In this document: positions 51,558 to 62,114 of the stretch, piece after piece | Layout of the letters: every line of letters starts with the position of its first letter | Position numbering within the stretch: the first letter of the stretch is position 1 | Source of the DNA: Blastocatellia bacterium | Lineage (GTDB): Bacteria; Acidobacteriota; Blastocatellia; UBA7656 | Direction: 5' to 3' | Assembly (NCBI GenBank): GCA_963765495.1 | Contig: CAVXWP010000008.1 | Span: 800,001 to 864,000 of the forward strand | Length of the DNA: 64,000 bases | Position numbers and translations under genes: made by a program | The notes under the pieces: generated by a model | Seen by the model: the letters and a program-made list of their open reading frames with translations, nothing else | Databases searched by the model: none | Told to the model about the DNA's origin: nothing

Positions 51558-52262
51558 CTATTTGATGTCTCGAAAATTGATATCGAGCACGGGATACTCT
51601 TTCCAATCCTTATAGTCATAATGCCACCATTCGGGCGCATATACGGCAAACCCTTCGGCTTCCATGGCATCTCGCAACACGCGCCGCAGATGTCGCGACT
51701 GGTCGCTGCCCCCGGCATATTCGATATGAGAGCGTTCAGACATCTCGTCATACTCGCTCGGCATCTGGACCGCTTTGCCGGTTTTCAGGTCGAACAGAGT
51801 CAGGTCAACAGCGCATCCGCGATTATGACGAGACCCTTGCGCCGGGTTGGCTACAAAATCCTTTTTGTCATCCGGTGTGGCATCCCAAAATATTTTGGTC
51901 ACGCTCCAGGGCCGGTAACCATCGAATATCAGTAATCCATATCCCTGTTTCCTGAGCGAGCGATTTGCGCGAGCAAGCGCCTGCGCCGCCGGACGCTGTA
52001 GAAAGGCTCGCGCCTGTTCATAGACCGGACGGCCCAGGAAATTATTAGAAGTGGCATACCTTATATCGAGGCGGATTGAGGGATCGACTTTGATCAATTC
52101 GACTAGATCGGGTTTGCGAGGCTTTCCCTTTTCTTCCGGCGGTTCCTGCGCATACATTGTGATTGAATTAGCCATAAGAAAAAAAATAATGCCAGATGCG
52201 AGGTCAGGGAAGATATTTTTCAAACCATTTCTCCCGGGATTCTCAAATACGGCCTGCATCAA
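51558..52262 (-). CDS. ddpX: D-Ala-D-Ala dipeptidase (M15D, VanX/DdpX family)
   Basis: [31 protein letters not shown]. Confidence 0.9.
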   Translation of the reverse strand: MMQAVFENPGRNGLKNIFPDLASGIIFFLMANSITMYAQEPPEEKGKPRKPDLVELIKVDPSIRLDIRYATSNNFLGRPVYEQARAFLQRPAAQALARANRSLRKQGYGLLIFDGYRPWSVTKIFWDATPDDKKDFVANPAQGSRHNRGCAVDLTLFDLKTGKAVQMPSEYDEMSERSHIEYAGGSDQSRHLRRVLRDAMEAEGFAVYAPEWWHYDYKDWKEYPVLDINFRDIK

Positions 52263-52711
52263 AGCACGGACAGTAGCTTTTCCAGTATCAACTGTTTTGG
52301 CGCTACGCCCACGATGCGATCAACCTCGCGACCATCTCTTATTATCAGGAGGGTGGGAATGCTGCGGACGCCGAATCGCGAGGCGGTCACAGGGCTCTCA
52401 TCAACATTCAGCTTTCCAACAATCACGCGCCCGGAAAGCTCTGTCGCCAACTGGTCAATAATGGGCGCAAGCATTCGACAGGGACCACACCACGCGGCCC
52501 ACATATCCAGAAGGACCGGGAGCGATGCGCCTGCGACCTCGGTTTCGTAGTTTGCGTCTGTTACTGTCACGGGGCCGGTTCTCATTGTAAGCGGCTGTTT
52601 ACAGCGCCCACAGACGGGCTGGACTCGTTCGTTCAATTTTTCAACCGGGACGCGATTTGTAGCGCCACAGTTCTGGCAGCGAATCAATTGCGCTTCCGTA
52701 GCCTTGCTCAT
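52259..52711 (-). CDS. trxC: Thioredoxin 2 with N-terminal zinc finger
   Basis: CQNC..CGRC plus WCGPC. Confidence 0.92.
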   Translation of the reverse strand: MSKATEAQLIRCQNCGATNRVPVEKLNERVQPVCGRCKQPLTMRTGPVTVTDANYETEVAGASLPVLLDMWAAWCGPCRMLAPIIDQLATELSGRVIVGKLNVDESPVTASRFGVRSIPTLLIIRDGREVDRIVGVAPKQLILEKLLSVL

Positions 52712-52786
52712 AATTTCTACACCTCTTACGACTCTGACCCGCTTCGTCCTGTGATATTGGGCGGGGCATTTTAGACGCGGAGGGGA

Positions 52787-53818
52787 TCATTTTCTCATCC
52801 CCTTGATCAGATCGCGCGCATCAAATTCGGATTGGGCGGCAAGCTTTTCAAACAGGCTCTTCTCTTCATCGGTCAGGATGGGCGGGTTGACTATCTTGAG
52901 CTTTACATAGAGATCACCGCGTCCGCCTTTTCGTTTGTTCAATCCCTGCCCACGGAGCCTGAGTTTCTGACCGCCTTGCGAGTTTGCGGGAACTTTCATC
53001 TCGACCGGGCCATTTAGCGTAGGCACATTCACCCTTGCGCCCAGCGCCGCTTCCCAGGGGGCTACGGGCAGATCAAGCTGTATATCATCATCACCCGCGA
53101 TTGCAAAAAGAGGGTGGGGTTCGAGCCTCACGCGCAAAAACAGATCGCCCGAGGGCGCGCCGCCGCTCCCCGGCTCCCCCTGCCCCGCAAGCCTGATAAT
53201 CGAGCCTTCACGCACACCCGGCGGGATATTAACGTCGAGTGATTTCTGGCGAGCGACCAGCCCTGCCCCGCGACAGGTCGGGCAAACTCTCCCGTCTATT
53301 ACGCCTGTCCCTCCACAGGTCGGGCATCGCTCGGTGGCCTGAAAAGCTATGTTGCGCGTGCCGCCGGAGTTTGCATCTTCGAGTGACAGCCCGATCTCGG
53401 CTTCGATATCCTGCCCGCGCATAGACATTTGCTGCCCCGCGCGAGTCGCGCCCCTGCCCCCAAAAAGCGTTTCAAAAAAATCGCTGAACCCGCCGCCGCC
53501 CCGACCGCCACCGAATATGTCGCCAAAGTCACCATAATCTACGCGTACATTCCCCCCCCAGCCAGGGGGCGGTGTGAATTCTGCGCCAGCCTTCCAATTC
53601 GCCCCAAGCTCGTCATATCGCTTGCGATTCTCCGGGTTTGAGAGCACCTCATAGGCTTCGTTTAGCTCCTTAAAATTCTCCTCCGCATTTTTGTCGCCCG
53701 GATTTACATCAGGATGATACTTGCGCGCCAGCCTGCGATAAGCCTTTTTGATTTCGGTGTCGGTCGCGGTCCGAGCCACACCGAGAATTTCATAGTAATC
53801 TTTGAATTTCACTGCCAT
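52787..53818 (-). CDS. DnaJ/CbpA-class co-chaperone
   Basis: J domain with HPD, G/F region, only two CxxCxGxG motifs, CbpA-like APWEAALG C-terminus. Confidence 0.92.
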   Translation of the reverse strand: MAVKFKDYYEILGVARTATDTEIKKAYRRLARKYHPDVNPGDKNAEENFKELNEAYEVLSNPENRKRYDELGANWKAGAEFTPPPGWGGNVRVDYGDFGDIFGGGRGGGGFSDFFETLFGGRGATRAGQQMSMRGQDIEAEIGLSLEDANSGGTRNIAFQATERCPTCGGTGVIDGRVCPTCRGAGLVARQKSLDVNIPPGVREGSIIRLAGQGEPGSGGAPSGDLFLRVRLEPHPLFAIAGDDDIQLDLPVAPWEAALGARVNVPTLNGPVEMKVPANSQGGQKLRLRGQGLNKRKGGRGDLYVKLKIVNPPILTDEEKSLFEKLAAQSEFDARDLIKGMRK

Positions 53819-54048
53819 ATCAATCTATCCTGACCCGCAATCCGATCATTTCCACCTTCCTCTATCCCAGCGCCCGATATGATCTGAAACCTATCATAAG
53901 TAATTTAGAGTTGGCTTGCCAGCCTCCAACTCTTCCCCCGGAACGGACCAGTTGCCGACAGCGCCATTAGAACGAAGTTTAGCCACAGATCAACACTGTA
54001 TCGCGTTGAGCTGTGGCTTGACCCGGATAGATTTTGCACCCTTCGACT

Positions 54049-54504
54049 CTAGGCTACTTTTTGAATTTCTTTTTCTGTCACATCCTCAACCGTTTCTTTG
54101 GCTACCTGCTCGGCAGTACGCGAAGCAACCTCCTTGGTCTTGTCGTCGTCGTCTTTAAGACCCACTTTCTTATATTTCTTTGCGATCTCTTCCAACTGCT
54201 CATCAGTCAAAGATTCAATGTCAATCATATCGTTGTGGGCTTCCTTGACGGCAGAAATCAGTTCATCCAGTTTCAGTTGCATCGCCTTGCCATCCCGGTT
54301 CTGGGTATTTTGTATGAGAAAGACCATCAAGAAGGTGACTATCGTTGTTCCGGTATTGATAACAAGTTGCCACGTGTCGGAATAGTGAAACAACGGGCCG
54401 GTAACGGCCCAGACTGCAATGACCAGCGCTGCGCTCAGAAAGGCCCAGGAAGTGCCCATGATTTTGGCTGTTTTGGTTGCAAACGATGTAAAAAACTTTT
54501 GCAT
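54049..54504 (-). CDS. Low-affinity iron permease (Fet4-like) family protein
   Basis: YSDTWQLVINTGTTIVTFLMVFLIQNTQNRD..QLKLDELI. Confidence 0.92.
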   Translation of the reverse strand: MQKFFTSFATKTAKIMGTSWAFLSAALVIAVWAVTGPLFHYSDTWQLVINTGTTIVTFLMVFLIQNTQNRDGKAMQLKLDELISAVKEAHNDMIDIESLTDEQLEEIAKKYKKVGLKDDDDKTKEVASRTAEQVAKETVEDVTEKEIQKVA

Positions 54505-54614
54505 TTATCCTCCACCGCGATCCGATTTCGTCGGATTTTGATACAAATTTCTCTCCCTGCCGTCTTAACCGGATGCAGATTCTCCGGTTAGGAAGCGGAG
54601 CATGAAAACAAGGA

Positions 54615-54629
54615 GCAAGGTTGATGCCA
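54615..54629 (-). promoter_or_regulatory. sigma54 promoter of the Fet4-like gene
   Basis: Minus strand TGGCAT-CAACC-TTGC, ~110 nt upstream of the ATG. Confidence 0.6.
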
Positions 54630-54883
54630 TTTGTAATCAGGTCTGTCAATAGATCGGAGAGAGGAAATATTTCAGGATAAATCGGGCGACTGCCCCGGGT
54701 TGGTTTGCTGGAACAATTAAGAGAGAAACCTCCGCTGTAATCGGGAGCCAAAAATGAACTCAGCCATTGAAGAGGCATTCAAGGATACACAGTGGAAGAC
54801 TGACGAGAGCGGCGCTCAACTCTGATCGCAGATTTGGCCGTAGCCCGCCGATACTTATTTGGCGGGCTACCCTTTCCGCTGCA

Positions 54884-55807
54884 CTATTCTTTTCTTCTGG
54901 TATAGGTTCCATCAAAGGCGACGGTCCAGGTCTTGCCGCCATCCGATGATTGCTCCCAGAGCTGGCGCACCTGGTCAGGCCCCTGATTGAAGAAGGTCAG
55001 GCGATTTGAGAGCTTGTTGCCGTCAGGTGCGAGTGACTCTCCCTGTAGCCGCATCTGATTGTCTTTGAAATCACCAAAGAGTTCCAACACGCTGCCGGAA
55101 TTATCGACCCAGGTTTGCTGCCACTTGCCCTTCGCCGTGTTGTAGATGTTGAAGCTCTTTCCGATGGCTCCCCCACGTCCGGTCCAGTTCTCAAAGATGA
55201 CGCAGTCTCCGAGGATGAGTTGAACGCTGCTTGTTCCTACAAGCGCACCCTGAGGGTTCTTTACATCCCATTCGCCCTTCCAGAAGTCGAACTGCCGTGA
55301 TTCGGGTTTGTAGGCGCAGGGTCTTGCGTTTCTATCGGCCTTCGTAAGAACCTCATTGAAACGCGGGTCTTCGCGCAGGTTATCGAAATCGGTGTCGGAT
55401 TTTAGCTGAGCGACCTGCCCATAGCCGCTTTGCACCAACTTATCGAGCGCCTCGAATGCCTTATCCTTGTCCTTTGTCATCGAGTACCCGCAGGCAATAT
55501 TGTATTTCGAAAGCTGGGGAGCGAATCCGACAGCATCGGCCCGCTGGAAGGCCGGGATCGCCTCTTCGAATTTGCCCATCGAATGAAGCGAATAGCCTAG
55601 CCGAAACCAGGCCATACCGTTCTTTTCATCCTTCGCCACGATGGCTTCATAGGCCCTGGCCGAGGCGGGCCAGTCCTTAGCTTGAAACAACTGGTCGGCC
55701 TGTTGCAACTCAGGCGATGCGGCCTTCATCTGCGCGTAGTTTGTTTGCGCGCCCGCCAACAGAATCAGAGCGATGAGACAGATGGTGGTTAGAGCGTGTG
55801 TTCTCAT
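54884..55807 (-). CDS. Exported TPR protein with C-terminal beta-barrel (DUF1579-like)
   Basis: Signal peptide, TPRs, YNIAC..DFDNLREDPRF, QFDFWKGEWDV..WQQTWVD..DGGKTW. Confidence 0.8.
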   Translation of the reverse strand: MRTHALTTICLIALILLAGAQTNYAQMKAASPELQQADQLFQAKDWPASARAYEAIVAKDEKNGMAWFRLGYSLHSMGKFEEAIPAFQRADAVGFAPQLSKYNIACGYSMTKDKDKAFEALDKLVQSGYGQVAQLKSDTDFDNLREDPRFNEVLTKADRNARPCAYKPESRQFDFWKGEWDVKNPQGALVGTSSVQLILGDCVIFENWTGRGGAIGKSFNIYNTAKGKWQQTWVDNSGSVLELFGDFKDNQMRLQGESLAPDGNKLSNRLTFFNQGPDQVRQLWEQSSDGGKTWTVAFDGTYTRRKE

Positions 55808-55829
55808 TTCTAGTGTTTCCTCCTACCTC

Positions 55830-55950
55830 TGCGTAATGCGTTCACGTGATGCGAGATGCGTGACTTACAGGTTACCACCTTATGATAAGGTTTTGGCTGA
55901 CTTCATAAATCACGGATCACTTCTCACGCATCACGCGAGCGCATCACGTT
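55830..55950. repeat. Heptamer-armed repeat (diverged copy)
   Basis: GCGTAATGCGTTCACGTGATGCGAGATGCGTGA (near-identical to the left arm of copy A) ... TCACGGA/TCACGCA arm. Confidence 0.7.
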
Positions 55951-56204
55951 ACAAAATCGGAACTGCCGCGACGCTGAGATTACCTGTATATCAGGTTTCC
56001 GTGTTGAGCCTTGCGTTCTCAGCGCCGGGGCAGTTCGTGCTCTTCCTTGATTTACATGGTTGCAGCAAGTTTACTACTGACAAATGTCAATGTGGTCAAG
56101 ACCTTGTAAAATCGGGTTAAATTTGTCAAAAAGATGTAAAAGACCCTAACATTCATAAAGACCTGATTTGGCAATCTGGTGTATAGTACGGCTCAAGCAA
56201 AGGA

Positions 56205-57938
56205 ATGGTAGTGGTGACGAAGATTCGAAACTTTTTAAAGCGACATATTCTATGGGCAGGGTTCGCTGCGGCGGCTGTGCCTCTGCTCATTATATTCGCA
56301 TTGCAGTACAGATCGCTTGCGGCGCTTGAGAAGAGTTTGCCCATTGCGCGCCGCGACTATATGCGAAACTATCTGGTTGATGTGGCCTCGGAGACAGAGC
56401 GGTTTTACAGGGCAAGCGCAGAGCATACCCTGAATGTGCCGCCCTCAGCTTTCAACCACTGGAACCGGGACATGCCGAACCTGTCTGAGGCCACAAAATA
56501 TTTCGATAACAACGGCTTCAAAGGCGCAAGGCGAATTTTTCTGGCATTTACCGGCCAATATCCGGGGGGCGAGTCCTATGTAGCCGTGGTGTTTTACGAC
56601 CCCTCGGGCGATCCGAAACTTCATCGCGAGATGGGATCACGTGACTGGCGCGCAGCACACGCGGCCTGCGCTTCCTGGCTGGTTCACAACCTTACAAAGA
56701 CGATACCCGAATCGCCCGGCCTGACTGTGGATGAACGCGACCCCGAAGCCAGAATAATCGTCAAACCCATCATCGATGAAACTACCCATATGGTCGCAGG
56801 CGTTGCCGGAATGATACTCGATTCGACTTATTTCAAAGCGGAGTTTCTACCCGGCGCGATAAAAGAGTCGCTGCCCGGAGCCTTTGCCGGCGATTACCAG
56901 GATGCGGTGATAGCATTGCGCGATGAAGGCAGCAATCTGATCTTTACAAACCAGAAGATCGAAAACCCGCAGGACGAGGTTTCGGCCCGGTTGCCCTTCG
57001 TCTTTACCGACTGGCGACTGGGCATGGGCATGCTCCACATGACAGAAGAGGAATGGGCGAAGCAGCTATTCGGCTTCAACCTGTCGCTCTCAATATTGAT
57101 GACGGTGCTTGTGATAGGAGGGATCGCAATGGCGCTCAAGACGGCTTCGCGCGAGATGAAGGTCTCGCAGATGAAGGCTGACTTCGTCTCGAATGTCTCT
57201 CACGAGTTGCGCACTCCACTGGCCTCGATCAGAGTGTTCGGCGAATTCCTGAGACTGGGCCGCGTCAAAGAACCTGAAAAGGTCCGCGAATACGGCGAAT
57301 ATATCGAGACCGAAAGTCGACGCCTGACACAGTTGATAAACAATATCCTCGATTTTTCCCGCATCGAATCGGGCCATAAGACCTACCAGTTCGAACGGGC
57401 CAATGTGTCGGAAGTAGTGACCGATACGCTGCGGGCATTTGAAGTGCGGCTAAACCAATCCGGGTTTGAAATAGAATACGATTGCCCCGCCCGCCCACTT
57501 TCGCCCGCTCGAATTGATCCCGACGCCATAGCTCAGGCATTCATAAACCTGCTCGATAACGCCTTTAAGTATTCGGGAACCGCAAATCGAATCGAAGTGA
57601 AACTTGGCGAAAAAGACGGCTTTATTACTGTTTCTGTGACCGACCACGGCGTAGGCGTCCCGCGTGAGGAGAGAGAAAAAATCTTTGAAAAGTTTTATCG
57701 CGTCAGTACCGGGCTTGTGCACGATGTAAAGGGAAGCGGGCTGGGGCTTGCCATTGTCAAACATATCGTAGACGCGCATCAGGGCAGGCTGACTCTTGTC
57801 AGCAAACAGGGAGCCGGTTCCACTTTTACAATTCATCTCCCGGTCGCCGATGATACAACCGCTACGCCACAAGGCTCTCAACCGGCAGGCGGACACGGTG
57901 GTTCTTTCCCTCTCAATACTGTAACAAGCGACAGGTGA
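56205..57938 (+). CDS. Membrane sensor histidine kinase (HisKA)
   Basis: Two TMs, H-box [30 protein letters not shown]. Confidence 0.96.
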   Translation: MVVVTKIRNFLKRHILWAGFAAAAVPLLIIFALQYRSLAALEKSLPIARRDYMRNYLVDVASETERFYRASAEHTLNVPPSAFNHWNRDMPNLSEATKYFDNNGFKGARRIFLAFTGQYPGGESYVAVVFYDPSGDPKLHREMGSRDWRAAHAACASWLVHNLTKTIPESPGLTVDERDPEARIIVKPIIDETTHMVAGVAGMILDSTYFKAEFLPGAIKESLPGAFAGDYQDAVIALRDEGSNLIFTNQKIENPQDEVSARLPFVFTDWRLGMGMLHMTEEEWAKQLFGFNLSLSILMTVLVIGGIAMALKTASREMKVSQMKADFVSNVSHELRTPLASIRVFGEFLRLGRVKEPEKVREYGEYIETESRRLTQLINNILDFSRIESGHKTYQFERANVSEVVTDTLRAFEVRLNQSGFEIEYDCPARPLSPARIDPDAIAQAFINLLDNAFKYSGTANRIEVKLGEKDGFITVSVTDHGVGVPREEREKIFEKFYRVSTGLVHDVKGSGLGLAIVKHIVDAHQGRLTLVSKQGAGSTFTIHLPVADDTTATPQGSQPAGGHGGSFPLNTVTSDR

Positions 57939-58047
57939 GAGTGATTCGTGATTCGTGATTCGTGATTTACACGGATTGCGATACATCATAAACAAGCGAT
58001 CTGACTCAAAGTCACGCATCACAAATCACACATCTCGAATCACTCTC
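57934..58047. repeat. Heptamer-armed dispersed repeat (copy D)
   Basis: (GTGATTC)3, core GGATTGC..ATAAACAAGCGATCTGACTCAAAG, TCACGCA TCACAAA TCACACA. Confidence 0.8.
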
Positions 58048-58131
58048 GTGGCCGAACTTGTTAAATCAACCCCGCTGTGTTCCAATCCTTGACCATGCAC
58101 CGGACACACCTCTAAGGAGCCACGAATCAAT

Positions 58132-59367
58132 ATGAATCCCTGGCGTGGATTGGGCAGCCTGCCCAGAGAGATTTGGGTATTGTTTACCGTCACGCTCATC
58201 AATCGGGCAGGGACGATGGCGCTTCCCTTCCTCGTTCTCTACCTCACTCGCAGTCTGGGTTTTTCTCCGGGCCGCGCCGGGCTTACGCTTACAACCTACG
58301 GCATAGGCGCGCTTTTGACCGCGCCGCTTTCAGGACACCTTTCCGACCGCATCGGGGCGCTGCGGATAATGAAGTTCTCGTTATTTCTTTCCGGTATAAC
58401 CCTGTTCATATTCCCACTGGCCAAAAGCCATAGCGCGATACTCGTACTCGCCTTCTTCTGGGCCATCATCAACGAGGGATTTCGTCCCGCAAGCATGGCT
58501 ACCATCAGCGGCCTCGTAAGACCCGAGCAGCGCAAGTCGGCGTTTGCCGTCAACCGGCTCGCGGTCAATCTCGGGATGAGCATAGGCCCTGCGCTCGGAG
58601 GCGTTCTTGCAACCGTCTCATTTCCGGCCCTGTTCATATTCGATGGGACTACATCTCTTATTGCGGGCATATTTCTCGCCTTGCTGCCGTGGCGCAGTAA
58701 GGCAAAGGCGGAAGTCTCCGCCAACAGCGGTGAAACAGACAAACAAGTGCAGATCAAAAGCCGGGGAGCCTTTCGCGACCTGCGGCTGCTCTATTTTCTG
58801 GCCGGGATAATTCCGGTTCAGATGGTCTTTTTTCAGACAAACGCCTCGATGCCGCTTTTTCTGGTGGGAGAGCTACAGATGCCGGAATCTGTCTACGGCA
58901 TGTTGTTTACGATAAACACCGTTCTGATAATTCTTATAGAAGTCCCCCTGAACACGATGATGGCCGCGTGGTCTCACAGGCTGTCGATGGCGTTGGGCGC
59001 GTTGCTTTGCGGGGCGGGATTTGGGGCACTCATTTTCACCCCCTCGACTCTCGGCGTAGCCGCGACGGTCGTCGTCTGGACCTTTGGAGAGATGATCCTC
59101 TTTCCCGGCGGTTCGGCCTATGTTGCAGACATCGCTCCCGAACATAGGCAAGGAGAATATATGGGCCTTTATGTGATGACATTTGCGATTGCCTTCGCCC
59201 TGGGTCCGTGGATAGGGACCGAGGTTTACGGGCGATTCGGAGCCTCGGTCCTGTGGGCGGGCGCGTTAGCCTGTGGTATCCTGTCGGCCCTGCTACTTGG
59301 GACCGCGTCTTCTGCAAATCAGCCAAAAACTGCTCAAAGCGGCTCAGCCGGGGCGGGTGAAGCGTGA
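58132..59367 (+). CDS. MFS transporter
   Basis: About 12 TM segments, motif A GHLSDRIG, GEM..P, RQGEYMG. Confidence 0.95.
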   Translation: MNPWRGLGSLPREIWVLFTVTLINRAGTMALPFLVLYLTRSLGFSPGRAGLTLTTYGIGALLTAPLSGHLSDRIGALRIMKFSLFLSGITLFIFPLAKSHSAILVLAFFWAIINEGFRPASMATISGLVRPEQRKSAFAVNRLAVNLGMSIGPALGGVLATVSFPALFIFDGTTSLIAGIFLALLPWRSKAKAEVSANSGETDKQVQIKSRGAFRDLRLLYFLAGIIPVQMVFFQTNASMPLFLVGELQMPESVYGMLFTINTVLIILIEVPLNTMMAAWSHRLSMALGALLCGAGFGALIFTPSTLGVAATVVVWTFGEMILFPGGSAYVADIAPEHRQGEYMGLYVMTFAIAFALGPWIGTEVYGRFGASVLWAGALACGILSALLLGTASSANQPKTAQSGSAGAGEA

Positions 59368-59375
59368 AATTTTGT

Positions 59376-59403
59376 GGAACTCTTTTGCTCGTCCGTGTGC
59401 ATA
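59376..59403 (+). promoter_or_regulatory. Putative ECF-type autoregulatory promoter
   Basis: GGAACT-N16-TGCATA just upstream of the ECF sigma gene. Confidence 0.5.
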
Positions 59404-59442
59404 AGGTAATGGCTGTCTGATTCGTGCCGCTCGGTTAAATTT

Positions 59443-60072
59443 ATGATTGAAGCGCCAGGAAAATTGAACGATGAACTGTTGCTGTCACGAATGATGACCG
59501 GTGACGCGCAGGCTTTTGAGGAGCTTTACGAACGGCGGCAGGGCGCGATTTACCGATTCGCTTTGCGGATGAGCGGGTCAGAGGCGGTCGCAGAGGATGT
59601 TACGCAGGAAGTCTTCATGGCTTTGATCAACGACGGCAATCAGTATGACCCGGCGCGAGGAGCGGTCTCTGCCTATCTGTTTGGAATCGCCCGACACAAA
59701 GTCCTGCGCCGGCTGCAAAAGGACCGGGCATTCGTCTCGATGAGTGACGAAACGGCGGAGGAAGAAACCACCCGTTCGGATGAAAAAATGATTTTGAATT
59801 GCGACCCGCTTACCGAGCTTACACGAAACGAGATAATCGAATCGGTGCGTGGAGCAATCCTCTCGCTTCCGGTCCATTACCGTGAAGTCATCATCCTGTG
59901 TAATCTTGAAGAGATGAATTACAGTGAAGCCGCCGATGCGCTCGGCTGCGCCGTGGGCACGGTGCGCTCCCGACTCCACAGGGCGCGCGCGCTATTGATC
60001 GAAAAGCTGCGCCTGGCGGGGCGGATGGATTCTTCTCTCAGCAACTCGATCCCGGCGAGGTATGTTTTATGA
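59443..60072 (+). CDS. ECF RNA polymerase sigma factor
   Basis: AEDVTQEVF region 2; LP..YREV..YSEAA..GTVRSRLHRAR region 4. Confidence 0.96.
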   Translation: MIEAPGKLNDELLLSRMMTGDAQAFEELYERRQGAIYRFALRMSGSEAVAEDVTQEVFMALINDGNQYDPARGAVSAYLFGIARHKVLRRLQKDRAFVSMSDETAEEETTRSDEKMILNCDPLTELTRNEIIESVRGAILSLPVHYREVIILCNLEEMNYSEAADALGCAVGTVRSRLHRARALLIEKLRLAGRMDSSLSNSIPARYVL

Positions 60073-60914
60073 ATTGCCAGATTTTCGAAACCGTAGTCGC
60101 GGAGCTTGCCTGCGATAATCTGATGGATGCGACATCGCGCAAGCGGGGGCTGGCACACGCGGGAAGTTGCGCGAGATGCGCGGCCCGTCTCGCCGATGAG
60201 CGGGCGCTCACCGATGCGCTCAATCTTGCGGCAAGCGCAGAAACAAGCCGTCCATCCGCCCGGGTAAAGAGCGCGCTCGTTTCTGCTTTTCACGAGATGA
60301 AAGAGGCTCGCGCCGACCTCGCCGCCTCTGCGTCTATGCCTGCAAATCCCCTGCCGCAGCGGAAACCCGCCCGGCTCTTCTGGGCAGCGGCAGTCATTCT
60401 GGCCTTGCTCGCGATCCCCGCGATCTGGAGTCTTATATCTTCCAGACACGCAAAACCAGACACGGCAAAGACCGGGGAAACAACAGCCTCGACGACTCAA
60501 GAGACAAAACAACCGGGAGTCGATCACTCAACCACTGATAAGAGTGAAAAGGTTGCGCAGGAAGATCAAAAGCCATCGAGAGACAACCGATTTGCGTCTC
60601 GGAAGCGGCGAAAACAAACCGAACCTCTGACGGCCACGACAAGACCCGCGTCAACAGAGAATCGCGATTCCCCCACGGAGTTAGTCACGGAATATATCCC
60701 TCTGACCTACGTAGCGAATTCGAAGGCGATTAAGAGCGGGCAGATAGTGCGCATAGAAGTATCTCGCTCCTCGCTGCTTGCGCTCGGGCTACCGATAAAC
60801 GTGAACCGAATGAACGAAAGGGTAAAGGCCGATGTAATAATCAGCGATGACGGGTTGGCTCGCGCAATTCGCTTAGTTTATGACACGGGGAGTCAAAAAA
60901 CCGATAACAATTAA
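60069..60914 (+). CDS. Zinc-binding membrane anti-sigma factor
   Basis: MNC..HAGSCARC (HxxxCxxC ZAS motif), single TM, overlaps the sigma stop. Confidence 0.88.
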   Translation: MNCQIFETVVAELACDNLMDATSRKRGLAHAGSCARCAARLADERALTDALNLAASAETSRPSARVKSALVSAFHEMKEARADLAASASMPANPLPQRKPARLFWAAAVILALLAIPAIWSLISSRHAKPDTAKTGETTASTTQETKQPGVDHSTTDKSEKVAQEDQKPSRDNRFASRKRRKQTEPLTATTRPASTENRDSPTELVTEYIPLTYVANSKAIKSGQIVRIEVSRSSLLALGLPINVNRMNERVKADVIISDDGLARAIRLVYDTGSQKTDNN

Positions 60915-60970
60915 ACCGTTTCGCGGCGGAAGTATGCCGCCCGAATTTTTGGAATCTGGAGGAGTCAGCA

Positions 60971-61927
60971 ATGAGAAAAAAGAAATCTTTTGTGATAATC
61001 GCAGCTTGCCTGCTCGTGGCGCAGTTGGTCGGAGTATCGGTCTTAGCGCAGGAGCGGCAACGGGCAAAGGTGCTGCCGGATGGTGGCGTATGGATACAAA
61101 AGTCCGAGGACGCGCAGGGTAATCCAGAGCGGGAGAGGGGTATCGTAGCCTTCAAGATGCTTTCATCCGATATGCGCTTTGGCGAAAGCATAGTCAAGGG
61201 AGCGCCCTATTCGGCAAAGGCCGTTATAGAGCAAAGCCAGACCCTTGCCGACGGCACTCAGATCAACCACTCATCCAGTATCCTGTTGTACCGCGACAGT
61301 GAAGGCCGAACCCGTCGTGATGAGACATTTGGCGCAATAGGCCCGATTGGCCCCAATATGGCCCCTTCGCGTGTGATTTTTATCAACGATACGGTGACCA
61401 GCACGCACTACTTTCTTGATCCGGGTAATCAAACAGCCCGAAAGATTACCTTGCCTGATGACGGTCCGCCTCCCGGCATGGCCATGCCCCGCTTTGAAAT
61501 GAGGACCAGAATGCACGGGCCTGGGCCACAAGGACCTGGACCCTCTACCGATGCAGTACCGGATGGAGTGGGACCGGCTTCTGCGCCTGAGGAAAAGACC
61601 GAATCGCTCGGGACTCAAAATATCGAAGGCGTTGAGGCCGAAGGCACTCGCACTACGATCACGATCCCCACTGGCCAGATAGGCAATGATCGCCCGATTG
61701 AAATCGTAGACGAGCAGTGGTATAGCTCGGCGTTGCAGACCATCGTGCTCAGCAAACACAAAGACCCTCGCGTAGGCGAGCACACATATCGGCTGACGAA
61801 TATTTCTCGCGCCGAACCCGATCATTCGCTCTTCGAGGTGCCGTCCACTTACAAAGTGGAAGAGCCCGATGGGCTGATGATAAGGCAAAGAAAACAGATG
61901 AGAGATTCGAAATCTCAGGACAATTAG
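60971..61927 (+). CDS. Exported protein of the ECF operon
   Basis: Signal peptide, VKGAPYSA..TLADG..RDSEGRTRR..ESLG..IEG..EPD.SLF.VP. Confidence 0.8.
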   Translation: MRKKKSFVIIAACLLVAQLVGVSVLAQERQRAKVLPDGGVWIQKSEDAQGNPERERGIVAFKMLSSDMRFGESIVKGAPYSAKAVIEQSQTLADGTQINHSSSILLYRDSEGRTRRDETFGAIGPIGPNMAPSRVIFINDTVTSTHYFLDPGNQTARKITLPDDGPPPGMAMPRFEMRTRMHGPGPQGPGPSTDAVPDGVGPASAPEEKTESLGTQNIEGVEAEGTRTTITIPTGQIGNDRPIEIVDEQWYSSALQTIVLSKHKDPRVGEHTYRLTNISRAEPDHSLFEVPSTYKVEEPDGLMIRQRKQMRDSKSQDN

Positions 61928-62114
61928 GGCGGATTTCGCAGGAGCCAATAAGAAAGCCAGCCACGAAATTAACACGACCAAACACGGATATTTTGTGTGA
62001 AGCGCGTGTAATTCGTGGCTGATTCTCTGTTCAAATTTTTCTCGTTAAAGGAATCAAGCTAATAAAGTTGCTTGCACACCTCCGGTAAACTGAGACAAAA
62101 TGGGCCGCACTGAA

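Noticed and set aside
51558-52262. Vancomycin resistance locus (vanX)
   Set aside because: No vanH, vanA, vanR or vanS genes; it looks like a housekeeping DdpX-type enzyme.
23790-58047. Heptamer repeats as a CRISPR array
   Set aside because: Units are 7 bp, dispersed and inverted. There is no 25-40 bp repeat with regular spacers and no cas genes.
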